Assembly (NCBI GenBank): GCA_012270995.1
Contig: JAAXHG010000051.1
Span: forward strand, 5,768 to 69,767
Reading direction: 5' to 3'
Source: Vicinamibacteraceae bacterium
GTDB taxonomy: Bacteria > Acidobacteriota > Thermoanaerobaculia > Multivoradales > Multivoraceae
Length of the DNA stretch: 64,000 nucleotides
In this document: positions 45,008 to 54,398 of the stretch, in pieces
How the letters are laid out: every line of letters starts with the position of its first letter
How positions within the stretch are numbered: the first letter of the stretch is position 1
Notes under the pieces: generated by a model
Database searches by the model: none
The model's input: only the letters and a program-made list of their open reading frames with translations
Told to the model about the DNA's origin: nothing
Program-made: the position numbers and the translations under genes

Positions 45008-45312
45008 GTGTAGAGTCGAGGGCGTCCGGTTTGGCCGGACCGCCCCGCCCCAGCCAGAACAGGAGAATCCAAGGCATGGCTGCAACAGGAACGGGGGCCG
45101 AAACCCCGGCGCTCAACGAGGATTGGATCGCGTGGCGCGCGCGCGTCGACGAGAAGCTGCGTCACGTGGCGACGAAGGAGGACCTCGCCAACCTCAAGGC
45201 CAATCTCAAGGAGGACATCGCGAGTCTCAGGGAGGCGTTGACCTGGCGGATCCTGCTGGCGATGGGCGGGTTCGCGACGATCGTGACGGTGCTCGACCGG
45301 CTTCTCCCGTGA
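45008..45312 (+). repeat. right copy of direct repeat flanking the defence island (leader + small gene C)
   Basis: Same GTGTAGAGT...CCGGACCGCCCCGCC leader and coding sequence as 27444-27703, plus 33 extra nt (KANLKEDIASL). Confidence 0.7.
45076..45312 (+). CDS. small coiled-coil/TM protein (paralog C)
   Basis: MAATGTGAETPALNEDWIAWRARVDEKLRHVATKEDLANLKANLKEDIASLREALTWRILLAMGGFATIVTVLDRLLP. AGGAGA lies at 45061-45066, upstream of the ATG. Confidence 0.6.
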   Translation: MAATGTGAETPALNEDWIAWRARVDEKLRHVATKEDLANLKANLKEDIASLREALTWRILLAMGGFATIVTVLDRLLP

Positions 45313-45463
45313 GCCGTCGGCCTTTAGTGACCCGTCGGAGCTGCAGGCTGTAGCCGATCCTCGGACCTGTTGCATAGCTCCGAGATTCGCGCTCCGAAGC
45401 CCGAATCGCCAGACCGCGCGGTCGACGGTCCTCCAGCTTGGGCTCGACGGTTAAACTCGCGCG

Positions 45464-48136
45464 ATGTCTGATCGACGCGCGCGCATCGCTTCTCTCGCCG
45501 TTCTCGCCGCACTGCTCGCCGCGTCGGCTTCGGCCGAAGACGTCACGTACTACCTGCCGGCCGCCGTGAGTCCTGCCGCCTACGACCCGGACGTGCCCCG
45601 GCCGTCCGCGGTGCTGGGCTACGAAGTCGGAGAATGGCACGTTCGCCCCGATCAGTTGAACGCCTACATGCGGGCCGTGGCCGCCTCCTCGCCGCGGGCG
45701 ACCGTCTCGGTGCAGGGGAGAACCCACGAGCGGCGTCCCCAGCTCCTGCTCACGATCACGTCGCCCGAGAACCACGCCCGGCTCGACGAGATCCGCGAGC
45801 GGAGGCGCGGCCTGATCGATCCGCGGCTGCCGGCGCCGGAACTCGAGGACCTGCCGGTCGTCGTCTGGCTCGGCTACAGCATCCACGGCAACGAGCCGAG
45901 CGGCGCGAACGCCTCGATGCTGGTTGCCTACCACCTGGCCGCGTCGCTCTCCGACGTGGTCGCCGAGCAGTTGGAGCAGGCGGTCATCCTGGTCGACCCG
46001 AGCCTGAATCCGGACGGGATCGGCCGCTTCGCGCACTGGGCCAACACGAACCGCGGCATGGTGCTGAACGCCGACCCGGCTCACCGGGAACACCGGGAGC
46101 CGTGGCCCGGCGGCCGCACGAACCACTACTGGTTCGACCTGAACCGGGACTGGCTCCTGCTGCAGCACCCCGAGTCGCGGAACCGCATGGCGACCTGGAA
46201 GGCCTGGCAGCCGAACCTCGTCGGCGACTTCCACGAGATGGGCTCGAACAGTACGTTCTTCTTTCAGCCGGGCGTCCCGAGCCGGCGCAATCCCCTGATT
46301 CCCGAGCGCAACGTGGAACTGACCGAAGCGATCGCTGCCCACCACGCCGCCGTGTTCGACGGCGTGGGCCGGCTCTACTACACGCAGGAGGGCTTCGACG
46401 ACTTCTACCTCGGCAAGGGCTCGACCTATCCGGACGCCCACGGCGCGGTGGGTTTCCTGTTCGAGCAGGCGAGCGCGGAGGGGCGCCGGATCGAGACGGC
46501 GAACGGCGAACTGGCGTTCGGCTTCGGCATCAAGAACCAGCTTCTGGCGTCCCTCTCGATGGTCGAAGGCGGGGTCGCCAAGCGGCTGGAACTCCTCGAG
46601 CATCAGCGAGACTTCTTCCGCGGCGCGCTGGCCGCGGCCGAGGCGGAACCCGCTGCCTACGTGTTCCACCTGGACGGCGATCGCGGCCGCGCCCACCGGA
46701 TGCTGGATCTGCTGCTGAGGCACGAGATCGAGGTCTACGGGACGGCGGAGGAGATCGCGGTCTCCGGCCGCGTCTACACCCCGGGCGCGTCGTGGCTGGT
46801 GCCGCTGGCGCAACCCCAGTCGACGCTCGTGCGCTCCTTCTTCGAGATCGTGACCGAGTTCAACGACCCGGTGTTCTACGACGTCTCGGCGTGGACCCTG
46901 CCGCTCGCCTTCGGGGCCGAGTACGATCTGCTCGAGGGCGCTGCCTACCGGCCCGAGCTGCTTGGGGCGGCGGTTGCCGCGGCCGCGATCGAGCCGGGCG
47001 CGTTCGGGGCCGCTCCCGGAAACACTCCGACCTACGCATACGCGTTCTCCTGGGACGGCTACTTCTCGGCGCGCACCCTGAACCGTCTGCAGCGGGCGGG
47101 CGCGCGGGCACGGGCGTCGACGCGTTCGTTCGTCGCGGAGACGCAGGACGGCCCGCGGGCTTTCGAACCGGGAGCGATCGTCGTGCCGGTGGGGCGCGAG
47201 GGCGAACCGGGCTCGAACGCGGAAATCGACATGGAGACGATCCTGGCGGAAGCGGCGGCCGCCGACGGCGTCGACGTGCACCGGTTGGTCAGCGGCCGGG
47301 CCGCGGCCGGAATCGACTTGGGCAGCCCGAGCCTGCGGCCGCTGGTGGCGCCGCGGACGTTGCTCGTGAGCGGTTCCGGGACCCCGGCGTACCGCGTCGG
47401 CGAGGTATGGCACCTGCTCGACGAGCGCTTCGGCGTGGAGGTCTCGCTGGTTGATCTCGACGGCTTGGGCGGCGCGGACCTGGACCGCTATAGCCACGTC
47501 GTGCTGGCCCTGGGCGGCTTCCGCGGCGCGTTACCCCGTGAAGAGGTCCGGGATCGCCTTCGGACTTGGGTGCGGGGCGGCGGCGCGGTCGTGGCGATCG
47601 GCGCGGCGAGCCGCTGGGCGAGCGCCGAGCTCCTCGAGCGCGAAGCGGAGGCCGACGAGGCGGCCGCCGACGGCGAGGACGCGGACGCTTCCGGAGACGC
47701 GGATGCCCTCGAAACGCCGGAGCGGCGCCGGTACGCCGACTACCGTGACCAGCGCGCCGAGCAGCTCATGGCCGGCACGATCGTCGGCGCGGAACTGGAT
47801 CTGACGCATCCCTTGGCCTACGGCTACGGACGGCCGGAGCTGGCCGTCATTCGAACCGGCGAGTGGGTCCTGCCGCCCAGCCCCGATCCCTTCGAGAACG
47901 TCGCGCTGTACCAGGACCCGCCGCGGCTTTCCGGCTGGATATCGCCGGAGAACCAGCGTCGCCTGGCCGGCAAGCCGGCCGTCATCGCCAGCCGCTTGGG
48001 CCGCGGCGTCGTGATCCAGCTTCTCGACAATCCGAACTTCCGCGCCTACTTCCACGGCTCGAATCGTCTGTTCCTGAACTCGATCTTCCTCTCCGGCCTG
48101 ATCGACGCGACCTCGGCGCCGGACGCATGGCGGTGA
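45464..48136 (+). CDS. M14-family zinc carboxypeptidase-like protein (secreted, large)
   Basis: Signal peptide IASLAVLAALLAASASA. Zinc motif SIHGNEPSG (HxxE), followed by NPDG and GDFHE. Confidence 0.8.
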   Translation: MSDRRARIASLAVLAALLAASASAEDVTYYLPAAVSPAAYDPDVPRPSAVLGYEVGEWHVRPDQLNAYMRAVAASSPRATVSVQGRTHERRPQLLLTITSPENHARLDEIRERRRGLIDPRLPAPELEDLPVVVWLGYSIHGNEPSGANASMLVAYHLAASLSDVVAEQLEQAVILVDPSLNPDGIGRFAHWANTNRGMVLNADPAHREHREPWPGGRTNHYWFDLNRDWLLLQHPESRNRMATWKAWQPNLVGDFHEMGSNSTFFFQPGVPSRRNPLIPERNVELTEAIAAHHAAVFDGVGRLYYTQEGFDDFYLGKGSTYPDAHGAVGFLFEQASAEGRRIETANGELAFGFGIKNQLLASLSMVEGGVAKRLELLEHQRDFFRGALAAAEAEPAAYVFHLDGDRGRAHRMLDLLLRHEIEVYGTAEEIAVSGRVYTPGASWLVPLAQPQSTLVRSFFEIVTEFNDPVFYDVSAWTLPLAFGAEYDLLEGAAYRPELLGAAVAAAAIEPGAFGAAPGNTPTYAYAFSWDGYFSARTLNRLQRAGARARASTRSFVAETQDGPRAFEPGAIVVPVGREGEPGSNAEIDMETILAEAAAADGVDVHRLVSGRAAAGIDLGSPSLRPLVAPRTLLVSGSGTPAYRVGEVWHLLDERFGVEVSLVDLDGLGGADLDRYSHVVLALGGFRGALPREEVRDRLRTWVRGGGAVVAIGAASRWASAELLEREAEADEAAADGEDADASGDADALETPERRRYADYRDQRAEQLMAGTIVGAELDLTHPLAYGYGRPELAVIRTGEWVLPPSPDPFENVALYQDPPRLSGWISPENQRRLAGKPAVIASRLGRGVVIQLLDNPNFRAYFHGSNRLFLNSIFLSGLIDATSAPDAWR

Positions 48137-48319
48137 GGCCCCGGCAGGTCGCTTTGGCGGGGATCTTGCGTTCGCTTGTGCCGCTGTGCTGAGATCCCGC
48201 GAACCGGCCCCGGTCCGGCGCGCGGAATCGTCGCGCAGCGGCCGGGTTCGGGCCACTTTGGCGCACGTTCCACGCGCGGGCGTGCGGGAATCGTCAACTG
48301 TTCACGGAGAAAGTCGAGA

Positions 48320-49330
48320 GTGACCGAAACCGACCACCCCGACTCTGTCCCCCCCGCGCCGGCGGCGGCGGCCGGGACCGCTCCGCCCGAGGCCGACGCG
48401 CCGGGCGAGGTCCTGATCTCCGTCGCCGACCTGACCAAGCACTACGGACCCATTCGCGCCGTCGACGGCATCAGCTTCGAGGTGCGCCGCGGCGACGTGC
48501 TCGGCTTTCTCGGGCCCAACGGCGCCGGCAAGACGACGGCGATGAAGATGATCACCGGCTTCCTGGAGCCGGACCGCGGTTCCGTCACGGTTGCCGGCAT
48601 CGACGTCGCCGCGGATCGCCTCGCCGTGAGCCGGAGGATCGGCTACCTGCCCGAGGACGCCCCGGCCTACGGCGAAATGACCGTCGAGGCGTTCCTGCGC
48701 TTTATCGCCGAGGCGCGCGAACTCGAGGCTGCGGAAGAGGCGATCGAGGCGGTGCTGGAGACGGCCCATCTGCGCAGCGTGCGCGGCCAGACGGTCGAGA
48801 CCCTGTCCAAGGGCTACAAGCGCCGCGTCGGCCTGGCCCAGGCGCTGATCCACGACCCGGAGGTGCTGATCCTCGACGAGCCGACGGACGGTCTCGATCC
48901 GAACCAGAAGGCGGTGGTTCAGGACCTGATCTCCAGCCTTTCCGCCAATCGTTGCATCGTTCTCTCGACCCACATCCTCGACGAGGCGGAGCGCGTGTGC
49001 AACCGGGCGGTCATCCTCTCCGAGGGACGCATCTTGGTCGACTCGACGCCCGAGGACCTCGTGAGCCAGGCGCCCGGCCACAACGCGGTCCGCTTCCGGG
49101 TCACGGAAGGAGACGCCGAGGAGGTGGCGGAGAGATTGGCCGAGGCGGAGTGGTGCGCGTCGGCCCGCGTGCTGCCCGGCGGCGAGGTCGAGGCTCAGCC
49201 CGCCGCCGGTGAGAACCGGCTGAACGAGGTGCTGGCCGCGGTCGGCGAGCACCGCGTCGCCGACGTCAGGGTGAGGGAGGGCCGGCTCGACGAGCTCTTC
49301 CGGGACGTGACGAGAGGAGTGGCGGCATGA
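48320..49330 (+). CDS. ABC transporter ATP-binding protein (GldA-like)
   Basis: Walker A GPNGAGKTT, signature LSKGYKRR, Walker B LILDEPTDGLD. The GTG at 48320 is preceded by GGAGA (48306-48310). Confidence 0.85.
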   Translation: MTETDHPDSVPPAPAAAAGTAPPEADAPGEVLISVADLTKHYGPIRAVDGISFEVRRGDVLGFLGPNGAGKTTAMKMITGFLEPDRGSVTVAGIDVAADRLAVSRRIGYLPEDAPAYGEMTVEAFLRFIAEARELEAAEEAIEAVLETAHLRSVRGQTVETLSKGYKRRVGLAQALIHDPEVLILDEPTDGLDPNQKAVVQDLISSLSANRCIVLSTHILDEAERVCNRAVILSEGRILVDSTPEDLVSQAPGHNAVRFRVTEGDAEEVAERLAEAEWCASARVLPGGEVEAQPAAGENRLNEVLAAVGEHRVADVRVREGRLDELFRDVTRGVAA

Positions 49331-50088
49331 GTGCGCTGGCGCGCCGGTTCACCGGGATGAGGGCGGTGCTGCGCCGGGAGTTCCACGGCTACTTCGCTTC
49401 GCCGCTCGGCTACATCTTCATGGTCATCTTCCTGATGGCCAGCGGTTATCTCATGGTGTCGCGCGACTTCGGCCGCTTCCTGGAGCTCCGCGAGGCGAGC
49501 CTCGACGCGCTGTTCAGCTACCTCCCGTGGATCTTCGTCGTCCTGGTGCCGGCGGTGGCGATGCGGCTGTGGGCGGAAGAGCGCCGTTCCGGCACGGTCG
49601 AGCTGCTGCTTACCCTGCCGATCACGCTCGAAGGTTCCTATCTAGGGAAGTTCCTGGCCGGCTGGGCGTTCCTTGCCGTGTCCGTGTCGCTGACGTGGCC
49701 GGCGGTGTTCCAGGTGGCCCGGCTCGGCGACCCGGACTGGGGCGCCATCTTCGCGAGCTACGTGGCGACCTTGCTGGCGGCCGCCGTGCTGCTGGCGATC
49801 GGCCTCCTGTTCTCGGCGCTGTCGAAGAACCAGGTCGTCGCGTTCATCCTGGCGGTGGCGGCCTCGGTCGGCTTCCTGCTGATCGGCTTGCCGCAGACTC
49901 AGGAGTTCGTGGGCAAGTGGTTCGGCGGCTACGTCGAGCGCGTGGTGTCGTCGCTCAGCCTGCTCGATCACTTCGAGACGCTGACCCGCGGCCTGTTGCA
50001 GTTGAACTCGTTGCTGTTCTTCGTGTTGTTCACCGTCGGCTGGCTGGTCTGCGGCATGCTGGTGCTGGGCCAGACGAAGACGAACTGA
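49327..50088 (+). CDS. ABC-2 type permease (GldF-like)
   Basis: Six-TM ORF. ATGA overlap with the ATPase gene. Confidence 0.8.
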   Translation: MSALARRFTGMRAVLRREFHGYFASPLGYIFMVIFLMASGYLMVSRDFGRFLELREASLDALFSYLPWIFVVLVPAVAMRLWAEERRSGTVELLLTLPITLEGSYLGKFLAGWAFLAVSVSLTWPAVFQVARLGDPDWGAIFASYVATLLAAAVLLAIGLLFSALSKNQVVAFILAVAASVGFLLIGLPQTQEFVGKWFGGYVERVVSSLSLLDHFETLTRGLLQLNSLLFFVLFTVGWLVCGMLVLGQTKTN

Positions 50089-50098
50089 GGATTGGCGG

Positions 50099-52273
50099 AT
50101 GACTGACGAACCGAACGTACGTCCGGATGCCGGCGGGGACGCCGGCGCACCCAGTGGCGCCGAGGCCGACGCCGACGGCGGCGCGAAGGGGATGACGGTG
50201 GTCCAGAGCCGCCTCCTGACCCTGGCCCTGATCGGGCTCGTGACCGTGCTCTCGATCCACCTCGCCAACGAGTGGCTGGAGGGCTGGCGCGTCGACCTCT
50301 CCGGCGGCGATCTCTACTCGCTGACCGACGGCACCCACGCGATCCTCGATCGCATGCGGGAAGAGGGCGTCAATCCGCTCGACGTCCGCCTCTACTTCTC
50401 CGAGACGGCGGGCAAGACGTTGCCCAAGTTCGTCAAGGACTTCATCGGCTACGAGCGCTATCTGCGCAGCCTTCTGGGCGAGTACGAGCGGGCCGCGGCC
50501 GGCAAGATCCGCGTCGAGACAATCGATCCGCTTCCCGACAGCGACGACGCGGACCGCGCCGCCGAGGACGGTCTGGACGGCAAGCTGATCAACCAGAACG
50601 GCGATCTCTTCTTCTTCGGTCTGGCGTTCGAGACCCAGACCGGCAGCAGGGAGACGATCGAGTTCCTGTGGCCGCAGGAGCAGGAGAACATCGAGTACGA
50701 GATCTCGAAGAAGATCCACGGTCTGCTATGGCCGGCTCGGCAGAGGGTGGGCGTGCTCTCGAGCCTGGAGGTCTTCGGCGGCGCCCAGGACCCGTTCATG
50801 GCGCAGATGCTGGCGGCTCAGGGCCGGACGCCGTCGCAGAAGTGGATCATCGTCCAGGTCCTGGAGGACCTCTACGACGTCTCCCAGGTCGCGCCGGACG
50901 TGGACGAGATCTCGCGCGACGAGTACGACCTGCTCGTCGTGATCCATCCCAAGGACCTGCCCGACAAGACGGCGTTCGCGATCGACCAGTGGGTTGCCGC
51001 GGGCGGCAACACGCTGATCTTCCTCGATCCGTATGCGCTCGGCGACACACCGCCGCAGAACCCGCAGCAGCCCTGGATGGCGCTCCAGTACCAGCCGGCC
51101 TCGAACCTGGCGCCGCTGCTCGCGGCCTGGGGTCTGGAGCTTCCAGCCAATCGGTTCGCGGCCGACTTCGAGCTGGCGGCACGGCGGCCGATGAGCCAGT
51201 TCGGCGCCTCCGAGTCGGTGATCATCGATCTCCAGGTCGATTCCACGCTCCACGAAGGCCTGCTGGACGAGGAGAATCCGATGCTGCGCGGCCTCTCGAA
51301 CACGCGCTTCTTCCTTGCCGGCGTGCTGCGGGAGTTGGGCGACGACGGGTCTCAGGCCGAAGCCGCCGGAGACGACGCGGAGGAAGAGCCTGGCGAAGGC
51401 GACACCGACGAAACGGGATCGGCGGCGGGCGTCGAACTGCGGCCGCTGATCTCGACGACTCCGGCGGGCGCCACGCTCGAAGTGCTGCCGGGATTCGGCG
51501 GCGGCGAGGGTCTGGCCTACACCGACCTGAACGACGGCGCCGCGCTCCGTGACGCGTTCGCGCCGGGCGAGGAGCCCCTGGCGCTCGCGTACTTCGTGCG
51601 CGGCAGGTTGCCGACCGCCTTCCCGGATGGCGTGGACTACCCGGACAGGGAGGCGGAGCGGCCGCCCAACCTGCCGCCCGAGATCGAGGTGCCGCCGCCG
51701 GACGACGCCGAGATCATCCACCGCGATCCCCTTCCCGAGGAGGAACGCGGAGAGGCGGCGGTTGTCGTGTTCGCCGACGTGGATTTCATCCACGACCAGA
51801 TCGCCTTCCTGCAGAACCCGTTCGGGATCGTCCAGGCCGCCAACGACAACCACAAGGTCGTTCTCAACAGCATCGACTACCTGCTCGGGTCTCAGGACCT
51901 GATGTCGGTGCGGGCGAAGAGCGGCATCAGCCGGCCCTTCCTCCGTTTCGACGAGATCGAGGCCCGGGCGGAACTCGACACCCTCGACCGCGAGCGGCAG
52001 ATCCGGGAGGAGATCGAGAGCTTCCAGGAGGAGCTGCGGGAGAAGCAGGGCGAGATCACCCAGCGCAACGCGGCTCTCTTCGAGCGCAAGCTGCAGGAGG
52101 AAGTCGACGAGTTGAACGAGCGGATCCTGGAAGGCAACCGTGAACTGCGGGACATCCGCAAGGGCCGGCGCGAAGCGCTCGAGCGTGAGGAGTCCATGGT
52201 GCGCTTCGCCGTCATCGGGTGGATGCCCATCGTCGTCCTGCTGATCGGTCTCTACCGCGCCCGCCGGCGCTAG
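50099..52273 (+). CDS. GldG-like ABC-transporter accessory protein
   Basis: N- and C-terminal TM anchors with a large periplasmic domain. Follows the GldA/GldF-like genes. Confidence 0.65.
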   Translation: MTDEPNVRPDAGGDAGAPSGAEADADGGAKGMTVVQSRLLTLALIGLVTVLSIHLANEWLEGWRVDLSGGDLYSLTDGTHAILDRMREEGVNPLDVRLYFSETAGKTLPKFVKDFIGYERYLRSLLGEYERAAAGKIRVETIDPLPDSDDADRAAEDGLDGKLINQNGDLFFFGLAFETQTGSRETIEFLWPQEQENIEYEISKKIHGLLWPARQRVGVLSSLEVFGGAQDPFMAQMLAAQGRTPSQKWIIVQVLEDLYDVSQVAPDVDEISRDEYDLLVVIHPKDLPDKTAFAIDQWVAAGGNTLIFLDPYALGDTPPQNPQQPWMALQYQPASNLAPLLAAWGLELPANRFAADFELAARRPMSQFGASESVIIDLQVDSTLHEGLLDEENPMLRGLSNTRFFLAGVLRELGDDGSQAEAAGDDAEEEPGEGDTDETGSAAGVELRPLISTTPAGATLEVLPGFGGGEGLAYTDLNDGAALRDAFAPGEEPLALAYFVRGRLPTAFPDGVDYPDREAERPPNLPPEIEVPPPDDAEIIHRDPLPEEERGEAAVVVFADVDFIHDQIAFLQNPFGIVQAANDNHKVVLNSIDYLLGSQDLMSVRAKSGISRPFLRFDEIEARAELDTLDRERQIREEIESFQEELREKQGEITQRNAALFERKLQEEVDELNERILEGNRELRDIRKGRREALEREESMVRFAVIGWMPIVVLLIGLYRARRR

Positions 52274-52294
52274 GGCTTGCAAGGAGTTATCGGC

Positions 52295-53359
52295 ATGAGC
52301 CAGTTGAATCAGAGGCTTGTAGCCGCGGCCGCGGCGCTGCTGGCCCTTTCGGCTTTCAGCTACTGGAACAGCGTGTCGCGCGCCGAGCGTTTCGAGAGCG
52401 GCCGGAAGTTCCTGCCCAACCTGAACCCGGACGAGATCGTCGCGGTCGAGATTCTCCAGGGAGACGAGCAGGTCACGCTGAGTCGGCAGGGCGATGTCTA
52501 CGTGGTGGAGGAAGCCCGCGACTACCGCGCCCGGAACGAGGGCGTGAACCGCCTGGTGCGCAACCTGCTCGACATCGAGCTGGCGAAGGAAGTCGGATCG
52601 GGCGACGGTCTGGCCGCGGAGCTCGGCATCGAGCCGCCCGGCGAGGACACGGTCGAGGTGGCGCTCAGGAACGCCGCCGGCACCGACATGGTTCGGCTGC
52701 GGGTCGGCGCCCGGTTCGAGGGGGGCGCGGGCAACTACGTCCGCCGCCTGGACGGCGAGGAGAACCCGATCTTCCTGACCGAGGCCACCGTACTGATCGA
52801 CAGCACGGCGGATCAGTTCCTGCAGAAGGAGATCGTCGACGTCGCCTCAGGCGACGTGACGAGAATCGAGGGTCCTGACTTCACGTTCAGCAAGGATGGC
52901 GAAGAGGGAGCGGAACTCGCTCTCGAGCGGGTGCCGTCCGGGCGTCGGGAGAGGACGAGCGAGGTCGGCCGGGTGAAGAACTTCCTGTCCCGGCTGCGGT
53001 TCTCCGAGGTCCACCTCGCCGACGCCGAGGAAGTGGTCGATCTCTCCTTCGACAACGAGTTCCGGTACGAGCTGGCGGATGGTTCCGGCTACGTCGTCTC
53101 CGTTGCCGGGCGCGATGACGACCGCTACATCCGCATCGGCGGCTACCACACGGTGCAGCAGGTGGAGATCGAGCGCGACACGCCCGAGGAGGAACTCCAG
53201 GAGAAGGCGGACATTCTGAACCGGGCGGAGGAGATGCGGGAGTTCAACGACTACCACGGCCCGTGGGTCTACAAGCTGGACAGCTTCACCGGCGAGAAGC
53301 TCGACCTCCGGCGCGCCGACCTGATCGAAGACGAAGAACAAGACGACGACGAGAGCTGA
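52295..53359 (+). CDS. DUF4340-like protein
   Basis: ATG at 52295 with AAGGAG at 52281-52286. N-terminal anchor. Located after the GldG-like gene, as is usual for DUF4340 proteins (by recollection). Confidence 0.55.
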   Translation: MSQLNQRLVAAAAALLALSAFSYWNSVSRAERFESGRKFLPNLNPDEIVAVEILQGDEQVTLSRQGDVYVVEEARDYRARNEGVNRLVRNLLDIELAKEVGSGDGLAAELGIEPPGEDTVEVALRNAAGTDMVRLRVGARFEGGAGNYVRRLDGEENPIFLTEATVLIDSTADQFLQKEIVDVASGDVTRIEGPDFTFSKDGEEGAELALERVPSGRRERTSEVGRVKNFLSRLRFSEVHLADAEEVVDLSFDNEFRYELADGSGYVVSVAGRDDDRYIRIGGYHTVQQVEIERDTPEEELQEKADILNRAEEMREFNDYHGPWVYKLDSFTGEKLDLRRADLIEDEEQDDDES

Positions 53360-53474
53360 GTCCGCGGCTCGTAGCGGCCGCGCGGGGCGCGCCCGGCCGC
53401 GCGTCAGGCTGTTATCTTGCGGCTCCGCGCGTCGCGGCTGGTCGCGGCGGCAGGATCTCAAGGGAGCACACTCG

Positions 53475-53849
53475 ATGATCGGTTACTGCACGATCGGCGT
53501 GAACGATATGGACCGGGCGACGGCCTTCTACGATGCGCTGCTCGGCGAGCTGGGCGCGAAGACCCTGTTCGACATGGGGCGGATCAAGGGCTATGGCGTC
53601 GGGCCGGGACAGCCGATGCTCGCCATCTGCATCCCGTATAACGAGGAGCCGCAGGCGCCGGGGAACGGGAACATGGTGGCGATCCCGGCGGCCTCGGAGG
53701 AGCAGGTCGGCCAGCTTCACGCCAGGGCGCTCGAACTGGGCGGCGCCGACGAGGGCGCGCCCGGGACGCGGGTGCCCACGTTCTACGGCGCCTACGTCCG
53801 GGATCTGGACGGCAACAAGCTCTGCTTCTTCAAGATGTCGGCCGGCTGA
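53475..53849 (+). CDS. VOC/glyoxalase-family protein
   Basis: 124 aa. MIGYCTIGVNDMDRATAFYDALL... and C-terminal YVRDLDGNKL are typical of glyoxalase/bleomycin-resistance folds. Confidence 0.8.
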   Translation: MIGYCTIGVNDMDRATAFYDALLGELGAKTLFDMGRIKGYGVGPGQPMLAICIPYNEEPQAPGNGNMVAIPAASEEQVGQLHARALELGGADEGAPGTRVPTFYGAYVRDLDGNKLCFFKMSAG

Positions 53850-53920
53850 GGCGGCGCCGGTTCAAGCGGGCCGGCCGCGTCGAGTAGCGAGCCGAGGACG
53901 GCTGGCCGGGGCCGCCTCGC

Positions 53921-53952
53921 GGAGAGCGCACCGCGCTGCGCGGTCTCCTTTT
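53921..53952 (+). terminator. possible intrinsic terminator
   Basis: GC-rich imperfect hairpin GGAGAGCGCACCGC/GCTGCGCGGTCTCC followed by TTTT (53949-53952), downstream of the VOC gene. Confidence 0.4.
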
Positions 53953-53987
53953 CGGGTAGACGAAAAACAAGATCCGTCGCCATGGCG

Positions 53988-54398
53988 CTACGGAGGGTCG
54001 AACGGATTCAACACGGGCACGCCCGTCGGCTCGAAGTGCCGCGCGTTTCGGGTGACGACCGTCAGGCCGCGTTCAAGCGCCGTGGCGGCGAGGAGCAGAT
54101 CGGCGTCCTGATGGCCGAGCGACTGCGAGAGGAAACCCCAGCGCCGTGCCGCTCCGAGGTCGATCGGGAGGACGCGGCCGGCGTAAAGGTTGATCGTGTC
54201 GTCCAGCCATTGGGCGAGCAGGGCGGCGAACCTGGGGTCACGGCGCCTGGCTCGGGCGATGCCTCGCTCGATCTCGCCGAGTGAGATGACGCTCACATGG
54301 AGATCGCTGCTTCTCTGTGTCGACACCCACCGCATGACGTGGGCGTGGCGCTGCCTTCGGCGCAAGGCCGACAGCACGTTGGTGTCGAGGAGGTACAT
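53988..54398 (-). CDS. vapC: VapC-type PIN toxin
   Basis: MYLLDTNVLSAL..., ...DLLLAATALERGLTVVTRNARHF. The start overlaps the antitoxin stop (TGATG). Confidence 0.85.
   Translation of the reverse strand: MYLLDTNVLSALRRRQRHAHVMRWVSTQRSSDLHVSVISLGEIERGIARARRRDPRFAALLAQWLDDTINLYAGRVLPIDLGAARRWGFLSQSLGHQDADLLLAATALERGLTVVTRNARHFEPTGVPVLNPFDPP

Noticed and set aside
27444-45312. The island as a classical integrative mobile element (prophage, ICE or transposon).
   Set aside because: I could recognise no integrase, recombinase, transposase, tRNA target or terminal inverted repeats. Only the gene-sized direct repeats are present.
41577-45353. Very long ORFs antisense to real genes. Examples: 41577..45353 (+, 1258 aa), 39471..41495 (+), 28479..30707 (+), 45227..47497 (-), 61077..63401 (+), 17640..19442 (-), 545..1918 (-).
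   Set aside because: Their translations are dominated by Arg/Gly/Pro/Ala with no motifs. They lie opposite ORFs with clear family signatures. Stop-codon-poor antisense frames are expected at about 70% GC.
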